Below, piece by piece: positions 9,617-20,392 of a stretch of DNA of 64,000 bases (its first letter is position 1; every line of letters starts with the position of its first letter). The notes under the pieces are model-generated. The model worked only from the letters and a program-made list of their open reading frames with translations. It was not told the origin of the DNA and did not search any database. The DNA comes from a bacterium (lineage in GTDB: Bacteria; Krumholzibacteriota; Krumholzibacteriia; LZORAL124-64-63): NCBI GenBank assembly GCA_031441465.1, contig JANOEP010000011.1, positions 1 to 64,000 of the forward strand, read 5' to 3'. The position numbers were made by a program, and so were the translations under genes.

Positions 9617-10273
9617 ATGAACCCCTCACCGGCATCCCCGCCCCCCGTCATCATCGGCATCGCCGGCGGCACCGGCTCCGGCAAGACCACCGTGGCCCTG
9701 CGCGTCCAGGAGGCGGCCCCCGGCAAGACGGTCCAGATCATCCACCACGACTCCTACTACCGCGACAACGCCCACCTCGAGCTGGAGGACCGGGCCAAGA
9801 TCAACTACGACCACCCCAGCGCCTTCGAGACCGAGCTGCTCGTGGCGCACCTGGCCGAGTTGAAGCGGGGCCTGGCCGTCGACGTGCCGATCTACGACTA
9901 CACGACCCACTCGCGGAGCGCGGAGACGCGGCGGGTCGAGCCGGCGGACATCGTCTTCGTCGAGGGCATCCTGGTGCTGGAGTCCGAGGTCCTGCGCTCG
10001 CTGATGGACATCCGGCTGTACGTGGGGGTGGACGCCGACGAGCGCTTCATCCGGCGCCTGCAGCGCGACATCCAGGAGCGCGGCCGCTCCATGGCCTCGG
10101 TGATCGAGCAGTACATGAGGGTGGTGCGCCCGATGCACCAGCAGTTCGTCAGCCCGACCAAGCGCTACGCCCACCTGATCATCCCCGAGGGCGGGCACAA
10201 CCAGGTGGCGATCGACCTGATCGCGGCCAGGATCCAGAGCATCATCCAGGAGCGGCGGGCCTACCGGGTCTGA
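9617..10273 (+). CDS. udk: Uridine kinase
   Basis: IIGIAGGTGSGKTT, DSYY, NYDHPSAF, RRLQRDIQERGR, FVSPTKRYA. Confidence 0.95.
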   Translation: MNPSPASPPPVIIGIAGGTGSGKTTVALRVQEAAPGKTVQIIHHDSYYRDNAHLELEDRAKINYDHPSAFETELLVAHLAELKRGLAVDVPIYDYTTHSRSAETRRVEPADIVFVEGILVLESEVLRSLMDIRLYVGVDADERFIRRLQRDIQERGRSMASVIEQYMRVVRPMHQQFVSPTKRYAHLIIPEGGHNQVAIDLIAARIQSIIQERRAYRV

Positions 10274-10293
10274 AGCCGCGGCGGGAGGCGACC

Positions 10294-12396
<2,103 letters not shown>

Positions 12397-12397
<1 letters not shown>

Positions 12398-13596
12398 TGC
12401 GACTGCCCAGCCTCGACCTCGGCCGGATCAGCCCGGACTTTCGCCGCCTGCTGCTGGCCACGCTCTGCTTCGGCGCCGCGGCCGGTGTCTTCCAGTCCAC
12501 CTTCAACAACTACCTCAGCGACGTCCACGCGCTGGACGCCGGGGCGCGGGGCTGGATCGAGCTGCCGCGCGAGCTGCCGGGCTTCCTGATCATGTTCATC
12601 TCGGCCGCGCTGCTGACGTTCATGTGCGAGGCGCGCATGGCCGCTGCGGCGATGATCCTGACCGCGGTCGGCGCGCTGGGCCTGGGGCTGCTCGCCGGTG
12701 GGACCGTGCCGCTGGTCGCCTTCCTGATGGTCTGGAGCCTGGGCGACCACATCATCTTCGCCGTGGAGGGCCCGCTGGGCCTGACCCTGGCCCGCAGCGG
12801 CAACGAGGGGCGCCGCCTCGGCCAGCTGGGCGGCGCCCGCAACCTGGGCACGATCCTGGGCGTGGCCGGCGTCTGGCTGATCGCGCGCCGGTTCGGCGAC
12901 CGCTACGACTTGTTCTACGGGCTGGCCGCTCTGTGCGCGGTGGCCGCGGGCTGGTTCTACCTGCGGCTGCGCATCGGCCAAACCGGATCGAGGTCGCGGC
13001 GCCTGGTCTACAAGCGGCGCTACCACCTGTTCTACGCCATCAGCGCCCTGTTCGGGGTGCGCAAGCAGATCTTCCTGGCCTTCGGCGGCTGGGTGCTGGT
13101 CAGCCGGCACGGCGTCACGGTCGAGACCATCGCCATGCTGTACGTGATCGCCGCGGCCCTGGGCATCGTGCTGCGCCCGCTGCTGGGCGACGTCATCGAC
13201 TGGCTGGGCGAGCGGACCGTGCTCGCGGCCGACGAGCTGCTGCTGCTGGGCGTCTGCCTGGTGTACGCCTTCGCGGGCGACGTGCGGCTGCTGTACGGAG
13301 CCTACATCCTGGACAGCGTGCTGTTCGCCCTGCGCGTGGCGCGCACGACCTACCTCAAGAAGATCGCCGAGGACCCCGCCGACATCACCCCGACGATCGC
13401 CCTGGGCATCACCATCGACCACGTGGTGGCCATGAGCCTGCCGATCCTCTCGGGCTGGCTCTGGGAGCGCTACGGGTTCCAGTGGGTGTTCCTGCTGGCC
13501 GGGGCCATCGCCCTGGCGGGCTTCTTCGTCTGCCTGCGCATCCGGGTCCCCGCGCCGCCGTCGCCGCCACCGACCATCGCCGGGGTCGCGCCGTGA
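12397..13596 (+). CDS. MFS transporter
   Basis: About 12 hydrophobic segments and a GDVIDWLGER MFS loop motif; coupled to guaB by TGATG. Confidence 0.8.
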
Positions 13597-13982
13597 CGCG
13601 CCTGCTGGCCATCGCCGCGGCCGGCGCCGTGGGCGCCGTCGCCCGCTACGGTCTGTCGGGGCTCGCCCAGCGCTGGTTCCCGCCCTCGTTCCCCGGCGGC
13701 ACGCTGGTGGTCAACACCCTGGGCTGCTTCCTCGCCGGCTTGCTGGCCGTGCTGATGCTGGACCGCTGGCCCGTGGGCCCGACCACGCGCGCCGCGCTGC
13801 TGATCGGTTTCCTGGGCGCCTTCACCACCTTCAGCACCTTCGCCACCGAGACGCTCGCCATGGCGCGCGAGGGCGGTGAGCTGCGGGCGGCGCTGAACGT
13901 CGTGCTGTCGGTGGCGCTGGGGCTGGGGGCGGCTTGGGTGGGGGCGGCGCTGGCGAGCTTGGCCGGACCGAGCGCTTCCTGA
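13593..13982 (+). CDS. crcB: Fluoride channel Fluc/CrcB
   Basis: GAVGAVARY, GTLVVNTLGCF, GFLGAFTTFSTF. Confidence 0.93.
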   Translation: MTRLLAIAAAGAVGAVARYGLSGLAQRWFPPSFPGGTLVVNTLGCFLAGLLAVLMLDRWPVGPTTRAALLIGFLGAFTTFSTFATETLAMAREGGELRAALNVVLSVALGLGAAWVGAALASLAGPSAS

Positions 13983-14038
13983 ACGACACCGACCACGATT
14001 TGCTTGACGTTGTCACAAAATGGCCTTAATAGGCCACT

Positions 14039-14692
14039 ATGGCAAAAGTGGCCAATAACTACCAATCGACGGGGATCGTGCTGCTGGCCGATGTCCGTGG
14101 TTCACGGGAGCGCGGCAACCCGCAGACGGGACTGGACGAGCTCCGGCGCCGGGCGGAGTCGACCAACATCCATCACGCCGCGGATCTGCTGGTCCCGTTC
14201 TCCATCTCAGGTGGAGACGAGATCCAGGCTTTGCTCGCTTCGCCAACTGCCTTCTGGGACATCGTCGAACATCTGGACCTGGTGACGGGGATACCGATCT
14301 TCCGGTTCGGCTGCGGCATCGGTGCCCTGCAGACCCCGATCGCACAGCGCACCTGGGAGATGGACGGCGTGTGCTTCCATCAGGCCCGTGCGGCGATCGA
14401 GCGGGGAAAAGCCGACCGGCGCTGGTTGACCTTCGCTGGCTTCGGGTCACCCTTCGATGGTGTGCTCGACGCCATGGCTCGCTCGTTGCAGGTGATGCGG
14501 GAGGACTGGACCGAGCGGCAGCGCGTTGCCCTGGTCGCGAGACGGAACCACGGGTCGCAAAAGGCAACAGCTGCCGGGATGGGCATCGACCCGACGACGT
14601 TGAGCAAGATGCTCAGCGCGGCGCATGCCAGGGAATACCGCGAGATCCAAGACGCGACGACGCGGCTTCTGATGAGCGCGTGGGCTCAGTAG
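14039..14692 (+). CDS. SatD-family protein (cyclase-like N-domain plus C-terminal HTH)
   Basis: LLADVRGSR, GGDEIQ, RFGCGIG, MDGVCFHQARAAI, WTERQ..SQKATAAGMGIDPTTLSKML. Confidence 0.8.
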   Translation: MAKVANNYQSTGIVLLADVRGSRERGNPQTGLDELRRRAESTNIHHAADLLVPFSISGGDEIQALLASPTAFWDIVEHLDLVTGIPIFRFGCGIGALQTPIAQRTWEMDGVCFHQARAAIERGKADRRWLTFAGFGSPFDGVLDAMARSLQVMREDWTERQRVALVARRNHGSQKATAAGMGIDPTTLSKMLSAAHAREYREIQDATTRLLMSAWAQ

Positions 14693-14745
14693 TCAACTCC
14701 TGGTTGACAGCTGCAGCCGAAACGTGGAAGACGAGCATCGTCGAA

Positions 14746-14993
14746 GTCGTAGGATCTGTCCGGGTAATTGTCCCTGCCCATGCCCATGCTGCTGTTCGAC
14801 TTGGGTCCGCACATCCTGCCGTGACAGGGGTGTCCTGTAGGCCCTGGAGCCAGGATGGCGGAAGGGCCGGAAGGCCAAGCGATCAGGGCACACGAGGTGC
14901 CCTGATCGCGTCCCCTGTCACGGCAGGATGTGCGGACCCAAGTCGCATCACAGCATGGGCAGGGACAATTACCCGGACAGAACCTAAGGCGAC
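14746..14993. repeat. Long imperfect inverted-repeat element (MITE/REPIN-like)
   Basis: Arms of about 80 bp (14746-14830 and 14912-14993) are reverse complements with small indels; inner hairpin GCGATCAGGGCAC..GTGCCCTGATCGC at 14879-14909. Confidence 0.85.
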
Positions 14994-15069
14994 TAGGTCG
15001 CCGCTTGTCCTCCCGCCGGCTCCACCCTAGAATCCCGGCACGACCCGCCGACCTGCAGGAGGACACCCC

Positions 15070-16773
15070 TTGGACCCCAGCACCGCCCGCCTCATCGACA
15101 CCATCCGCGAGAACGTCATCGGCGCCGACCGCGCCGTCGAGGGCCCCTACGGTCTGCGCCGGATCACCTACGCGGACTACACCGCGTCGGGGCGGTCGCT
15201 GCGGTTCATCGAGGACTTCATCGCCGACGAGGTCCTGCCGCTCTACGCCAACACCCACACCGAAAGCTCGGCGACCGGCCAGCAGACCTCGCGCTTCCGC
15301 GAGGACGCGCGGCGCGTGATCCTCGAGGCCTGCGGCGGCGACGAGCGCGACGCGGTGATCTTCTGCGGCGCGGGCGCCACCGGCGCCATCAACAAGCTGG
15401 TCGAGATCCTGAACCTGCGCCTGCCCGCCGACCTCGACGCGCGCTACGGCCTCTCCTCGCACATCCCGCCGCAGGACCGGCCGGTGGTCTTCATCGGGCC
15501 CTACGAGCACCACAGCAACGAGCTGCCCTGGCGCGAGTCCATCGCCGAAGTGGTGACCATCCCCGAGGACGAGAACGGCCGGATCGACCTGGACGCGCTG
15601 CGGGCGGCGCTGGGAGCGTGCGCTGGCAGGAAGTTGCTGATCGGCAGCTTCTCGGCCGCCAGCAACGTCACCGGGATCGTCTCGGACACCGCCGAGGTGT
15701 CGCAGCTGCTGCACGCGCACGGCGCGCTCGCCTTCTGGGACTTCGCCGCCGCGGCGCCGTACGTGCGCATCGAGATGAACCCCGGCCCCGCGGCCCACAA
15801 GGACGCGATCTTCCTCTCGCCCCACAAGTTCATCGGCGGGCCGGGCACTCCCGGCGTGCTGGTGGTCAAGCGCAGCCTGCTGACCAACCGCGTGCCGTCG
15901 GTGCCCGGCGGCGGCACGGTGGCCTACGTCGGCGCCGACGGGCACGACTACCTCGTCGATCCCACGGCGCGCGAGGAGGGCGGCACGCCGGCCATCGTCG
16001 AAGCCATCCGCGCAGGGCTGGTCTTCGGCCTGAAGCAGGCCGTGGGCGCGCGGAGCATCGAGCGGCGCGAGGCGGACTTCGTGCGGCGGGCCATCGCCGC
16101 CTGGTCGGCCCACCCGCGCCTGCAGATCCTGGGCAACCTGCAGGCGGAGCGGCTGTCGATCGTCTCGTTCATGGTCCGCCACGGCGGGCGCTACCTGCAC
16201 CACAACTTCGTGGTCGCGCTGCTGAACGACCTGTTCGGCATCCAGGCCCGCGGCGGCTGCTCGTGCGCTGGGCCGTACGGCCACCGGCTGCTGGGCATCG
16301 ACCGGGAGCGCTCCCTGCAGTTCCAGTCGGCCATCCTGCACGGGTCCGAGGGGATCAAGCCGGGCTGGGTGCGGGTCAACTTCAACTACTTCATCAGCGA
16401 GCCCGTGTTCGCCTACCTGCTGGAGGCCGTGCGCCTGATCGCCGACCAGGGCTGGCGGCTGCTGCCTCACTACGAGTTCCAGCTGGAGACCGGCCTGTGG
16501 CGGCACCGCGGGCGCCGTCCCTTCGCGGGGCTGAGCCTGGACGACCTGAGCTACGCCGACGGCCGGCTGTCGTACCCGTCGCGCCGGCTCACCGCGCCCG
16601 AGAGCGCCTACCCCGGCTACCTGGAGGAGGCGCAGCGCCTCTTCGCCGCCGCGGCCGTCAAACCATCGCAGTCAGACGAGCCGCTGCCGTCCGGCGCGAC
16701 AGCCGCGCTGCCGCCCGACGCCGAACTGCTGCGCTGGTTCCCGCTGCCCGGCGATCCGGCGCCAGGAGACTGA
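15070..16773 (+). CDS. Aminotransferase class V / cysteine desulfurase-like PLP enzyme
   Basis: YADYTASGR, EHHSNELPW, SAASNVTG, SPHKFIGGPG, RGGCSCAGPY. Confidence 0.88.
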   Translation: MDPSTARLIDTIRENVIGADRAVEGPYGLRRITYADYTASGRSLRFIEDFIADEVLPLYANTHTESSATGQQTSRFREDARRVILEACGGDERDAVIFCGAGATGAINKLVEILNLRLPADLDARYGLSSHIPPQDRPVVFIGPYEHHSNELPWRESIAEVVTIPEDENGRIDLDALRAALGACAGRKLLIGSFSAASNVTGIVSDTAEVSQLLHAHGALAFWDFAAAAPYVRIEMNPGPAAHKDAIFLSPHKFIGGPGTPGVLVVKRSLLTNRVPSVPGGGTVAYVGADGHDYLVDPTAREEGGTPAIVEAIRAGLVFGLKQAVGARSIERREADFVRRAIAAWSAHPRLQILGNLQAERLSIVSFMVRHGGRYLHHNFVVALLNDLFGIQARGGCSCAGPYGHRLLGIDRERSLQFQSAILHGSEGIKPGWVRVNFNYFISEPVFAYLLEAVRLIADQGWRLLPHYEFQLETGLWRHRGRRPFAGLSLDDLSYADGRLSYPSRRLTAPESAYPGYLEEAQRLFAAAAVKPSQSDEPLPSGATAALPPDAELLRWFPLPGDPAPGD

Positions 16774-16815
16774 AGTAGGTGCCGCAAAGGGTTACGGTTG
16801 TACAAAAGAAACCGT

Positions 16816-16845
16816 TTGACTGGTGGGATTACTTGTCGATATACT
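16816..16845 (+). promoter_or_regulatory. Sigma70-like promoter
   Basis: TTGACT (16816-16821), 18 bp, TATACT (16840-16845). Confidence 0.65.
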
Positions 16846-16850
16846 ATCAA

Positions 16851-16922
16851 CTGCTCGGATCCCACGGGACCGAGGCTTTATCCCCCCGGGGTCTGGCTCT
16901 GCCACACGCCGGGGTTTTTTTT
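16851..16922 (+). ncRNA. Putative ~70-nt structured leader or small RNA ending in an intrinsic terminator
   Basis: Hairpin 16854-16874 (CTCGG-A-TCC-CACG-GGA-CCGAG), hairpin 16884-16914 (CCCCGG..TGGC-TCT-GCCA..CCGGGG), then T8 (16915-16922) directly before the GGAGGT SD. Confidence 0.45.
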
Positions 16923-16932
16923 GGAGGTGATG

Positions 16933-17575
16933 ATGCCTGACCGAGCAATGATCTTCGTCGACGGCAACAACTGGTATCACTCCCTGAAAAGCGCGAATAT
17001 TCCCGACCTTGGCGCACTTAATTATGCGCGCATTTCTCAGAAACTCGTTGGGAACAAGGCAGTGGGTTGAAACACGCTACTACATCGGGCGCGTCCCGCA
17101 GCAGGGAGATCATACGCTGTATGCGAGCCAACGCCGGTTCATCGCGAGTCTTCTGGCGACCGACAATCGAATCTCCATCCACTTTGGACGTCTTGAGCAA
17201 CGTCCGGCGATAGATCGCACGGCAAGGGAACTCAAGCGGTACCTGCACAATCTCCCTGTCAAGATCGATGCGCAGGTGTACAGAGATCTCTATCGCATTG
17301 CCCAGCAGTACTCGGGCGCGACCACGTATGTCGAAAAGGCCGTTGACGTCAACTTGGCCGTAGATCTGGTTGTCATGGCAGAAAGAGACGAATTCGATTC
17401 GGCCTACATCCTTTCAGCCGACGGCGATTTTACGCCGGCGGTCAAGGCGGTGCGCGTCCACAACAATAAGATCGTGTATGCGGCGAGTCCCTCCAAAGGG
17501 GCTGAATTAGCGGCTGCCGTCAATACCTTCATCCCACTTCGCGTGGAGTGGTTCGGCGATTGCTATCATGTCTGA
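16933..17575 (+). pseudogene. NYN/LabA-DUF88 (PIN-like) ribonuclease with a one-base frameshift at about 17050-17054
   Basis: N-part IFVDGNNWYHSL in one frame; C-part YYIG, EKAVDVNLAVDL, ILSADGDFTPAV in the next. Removing one base from GGGAA gives a continuous 213-aa protein. Could be a sequencing error. Confidence 0.8.
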
Positions 17576-17699
17576 GCGTGGAAGTCTGATCACGATGATG
17601 TCCGGTACCAAGTCCCGGAACGCCCCGCCATAGCACGGTCTGGAACAGCAGCGATAGATCGATAAGATATGAATAGATTACTACATTCTCAGTGAAAGT

Positions 17700-17725
17700 G
17701 CCCCGCCCCCGGACAGGGGCGGGGC
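17700..17725 (-). terminator. GC-rich hairpin, probable terminator of the cytochrome gene
   Basis: GCCCCGCCCC-N6-GGGGCGGGGC between convergent genes. Confidence 0.55.
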
Positions 17726-17748
17726 TACTGCGATCATCTCACCGCCGC

Positions 17749-19245
17749 TCAGCGCAGGTAGACCACCTTGCCGCTCGCCTGGCGCTCGCCGTCGTCCCAC
17801 TTCAGCAGGTAGACGCCGTCGGCCACGTCCTGGCCGCGCCCGTCGCGCCCGTCCCAGCTGGCGGTGACGGTCCCGTCGGAGCCGGACGTGGCCTGCAGCA
17901 GCCGGACCGTGTGGCCCCGCGCGTCGAAGACCAGCAGCCGGCCCGTCGCGCCCTGGACGCCGCGCGCCATGATGGTCGCCGTGGCGCCCCGACGCAGCGG
18001 CGACGGGTAGATCTCCAGCCGTCCCGAGCCGGTGTCCAGCTGCAGGTCGACCACGCCGGTCGTGCCCGGGTGGTAGCCGTGCGGTCCCGGTCCGGCCGGC
18101 ACGACGCCGTGGCAGACGGTGCAGTCGCGCAGGGTGCCCGCGTGGCCCTGCAGGTCGATGTTGTTGACGTTGTCCGCGGCCTCGCGGCTCGGGAAGATGG
18201 CGTGGGGGGAGCCGTGGCAGGCGGAACACATCAGCCCGCCGTGCCCGGTGCTGAAGCGGTAGAGCTGACCCACCGGCTCCCCGTACTGGGGGGTGTGGCA
18301 GGTGCGGCAGGCGGGCTCGTTCAGCCAGGGGATGCGGCCCTGGTGCTCGATCGAGCCGGAGACCTGCTGCAGGTCGCCGTGGCAGTCCTGGCAGATCATG
18401 CCGAAATCCGTGGCCATGGTCCCGCGCAGGCACTGGGTCTGCGGCCCGGGGTGGCACATGTTGCAGCCGTCGGGTCCGGGCATGTCCTGGTCGAGGAACT
18501 GGTGCTTGTCGTGGATCCGGAACGACAGGAAGCCGGCCTCCGGGATGCCGGGGGTGCCGAGCGCCGGGCTGGCGTGGCAGCCTGCGCACAGGACCGGTCG
18601 CGCGTTCGGGTCGAAGCCGGCCTCGCGCTCGTGGGCGTTGAGGATCGCCTGTTCGCTGGAATGGCAGCCCGAGGTGACGCAGGTGATCTCGGTCGAGACC
18701 GGGATCACCGGCCGGCTGCGCGCCAGCTCCAGGCCCTGCAGGTCGCGCGCGATCACCAGGGCGTTCTGGTAAGGGGATTCGACCGTCGGCGCCGCGTCGG
18801 TGTACGGCGTGACCGGGATGCCCTCGGCCTTGAAGTGGTCGCCGGCGGGATCGAAGGAGCCGGTGAGCCCCTTGCCGGTCAGCCCCACGTTCGGCGGCAG
18901 GTCGACGCCGAACAGCGCCAGATCCCAGGTCCAGAAGTCGGTCTTGCCCACGGAGTAGGTGTTCCCCGGCACCGAGTACTCGACGGTCACGCCCGAGGTC
19001 ACGATCTCCGGCTGGCGGGTGGCGTCGCCGCGGTGCACGACCTGGGCGATCAAGGTGTTGTAGGGCGGCAGCACGGACAGCACGGCGTGGAACTGGTTCA
19101 TGCAGTGCATGCCGAGGTCGTTCCAGCTCAGCACGACCGTGTCGCCGCTGACGGTGGCGCCGACGGGCGCGGGCAGCAGCGAGCCCAGCAGCAGCAGCAA
19201 GGCCAGCTTGCCGAGGCGGGCCTTCGGGGCGGGGTTCAGGATCAT
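17749..19245 (-). CDS. Secreted multiheme c-type cytochrome with C-terminal FlgD-Ig-like domain
   Basis: Signal peptide; WNDLGMHCM; six CxxCH motifs (CAGCH, CNMCH, CQDCH, CRTCH, CSACH, CTVCH) plus CVTSGCH; tail IYPSP..VFDARGHTVR..WDGRDGRGQDVADGVY. Confidence 0.85.
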   Translation of the reverse strand: MILNPAPKARLGKLALLLLLGSLLPAPVGATVSGDTVVLSWNDLGMHCMNQFHAVLSVLPPYNTLIAQVVHRGDATRQPEIVTSGVTVEYSVPGNTYSVGKTDFWTWDLALFGVDLPPNVGLTGKGLTGSFDPAGDHFKAEGIPVTPYTDAAPTVESPYQNALVIARDLQGLELARSRPVIPVSTEITCVTSGCHSSEQAILNAHEREAGFDPNARPVLCAGCHASPALGTPGIPEAGFLSFRIHDKHQFLDQDMPGPDGCNMCHPGPQTQCLRGTMATDFGMICQDCHGDLQQVSGSIEHQGRIPWLNEPACRTCHTPQYGEPVGQLYRFSTGHGGLMCSACHGSPHAIFPSREAADNVNNIDLQGHAGTLRDCTVCHGVVPAGPGPHGYHPGTTGVVDLQLDTGSGRLEIYPSPLRRGATATIMARGVQGATGRLLVFDARGHTVRLLQATSGSDGTVTASWDGRDGRGQDVADGVYLLKWDDGERQASGKVVYLR

Positions 19246-19445
19246 GTCGAACCTCCAGGTCGGAGTGCGTGCCGGCGGGGACCGGATCTGCAGCGAGCCC
19301 GTAATTCATACCACTCGTGTGGTATTTCAGTCAATGAAAATCGAATTTTATTAATTTAACAGGTGAGGTCCGGGCTGGGACTGGCGGCTCGGATGTGCTA
19401 GTCTCCTGTTTACCAACGAGTTTCGTGATCAGCGAGGAGACCGTC

Positions 19446-20390
19446 ATGCGCCGCTGGCCCGAACCCCACATCGGCCCGCTCTTCGGGATCGAGCACCCGA
19501 TCGTGCAGGCCGGCATGGTTTACAACAGCGGGGCGCGACTCGCCGCCGCGGCTGCGCAGGCCGGCTGCCTGGGCCTGATCGGCGCCGGCGGCCGGCGCCC
19601 CGACGACCTGCGCGCCGAGATCCGCGCGGCCCGCGCGCTCACCGGCCGCTCCGTCGGCGTCAACATCCCCCTGATCGACAAGCACGCGCACGAGAGCCTG
19701 GACCTCGCGCTCGAGGAAGGCGTGGGCCTGCTGGTCACCTCGGCCGGCTCGCCGGCGCGCGTGGCGGGGAGGATCAAGGCGGCCGGCGCGGTCTTCGTCC
19801 ACGTGGTCGCGACCGCGGCGCTGGCCCGCAAGTGCGAGGACGCGGGCTGCGACGCCGTGGTCTGCGAGGGCTTCGAGGCGGGCGGGCACAACGGCCGCGA
19901 CGAGTTGACGACCCTGGTGCTGGTGCCGGCCTGCGTGCGGGCGGTGTCGATCCCGGTGATCGCCGCCGGCGGTGTCGCGACCGGCGCCCAGATCGCCGCG
20001 ATGTTCGCCCTCGGCGCCGCCGGGGTGCAGATCGGCTCGCGCTTCGCCGTCACGCGGGAATCCTCCGGCCACGACGCCTTCAAGCAGGCCGTGGTCGACG
20101 GCGACGACACGCGCCTGGTCCTGAAGAAGCTCATGCCGGTGCGCCTGCTGCGCAACGCGTTCCGCGACCGCGTCGAGGAACTCGAGGCGCGCGGCGCCCC
20201 GCGCGAGGAGCTGGCGACGCTGCTGGGGGAGGGGCGCGCCCGGCGCGGCATGCGCGAGGGGGACCTCGTCGAGGGCGAGCTGGAGATCGGCCAGGTCGCC
20301 GCCCTGATCAACGACGTACCCTCCGTCGCGGAAATGGTGGCGCGGCTGCTCGCGGAATACGACGCGGCCGTGTCCCGGTTCGGGAACTGA
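19446..20390 (+). CDS. Nitronate monooxygenase / FabK-like flavoprotein
   Basis: IEHPIVQAGM, EGFEAGGHNG, PVIAAGGV, GVQIGSRF, IGQVAALI. Confidence 0.88.
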   Translation: MRRWPEPHIGPLFGIEHPIVQAGMVYNSGARLAAAAAQAGCLGLIGAGGRRPDDLRAEIRAARALTGRSVGVNIPLIDKHAHESLDLALEEGVGLLVTSAGSPARVAGRIKAAGAVFVHVVATAALARKCEDAGCDAVVCEGFEAGGHNGRDELTTLVLVPACVRAVSIPVIAAGGVATGAQIAAMFALGAAGVQIGSRFAVTRESSGHDAFKQAVVDGDDTRLVLKKLMPVRLLRNAFRDRVEELEARGAPREELATLLGEGRARRGMREGDLVEGELEIGQVAALINDVPSVAEMVARLLAEYDAAVSRFGN

Positions 20391-20392
20391 AC

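Noticed and set aside
13560..13600. Fluoride riboswitch before crcB
   Set aside because: crcB overlaps the MFS stop codon, leaving no leader.
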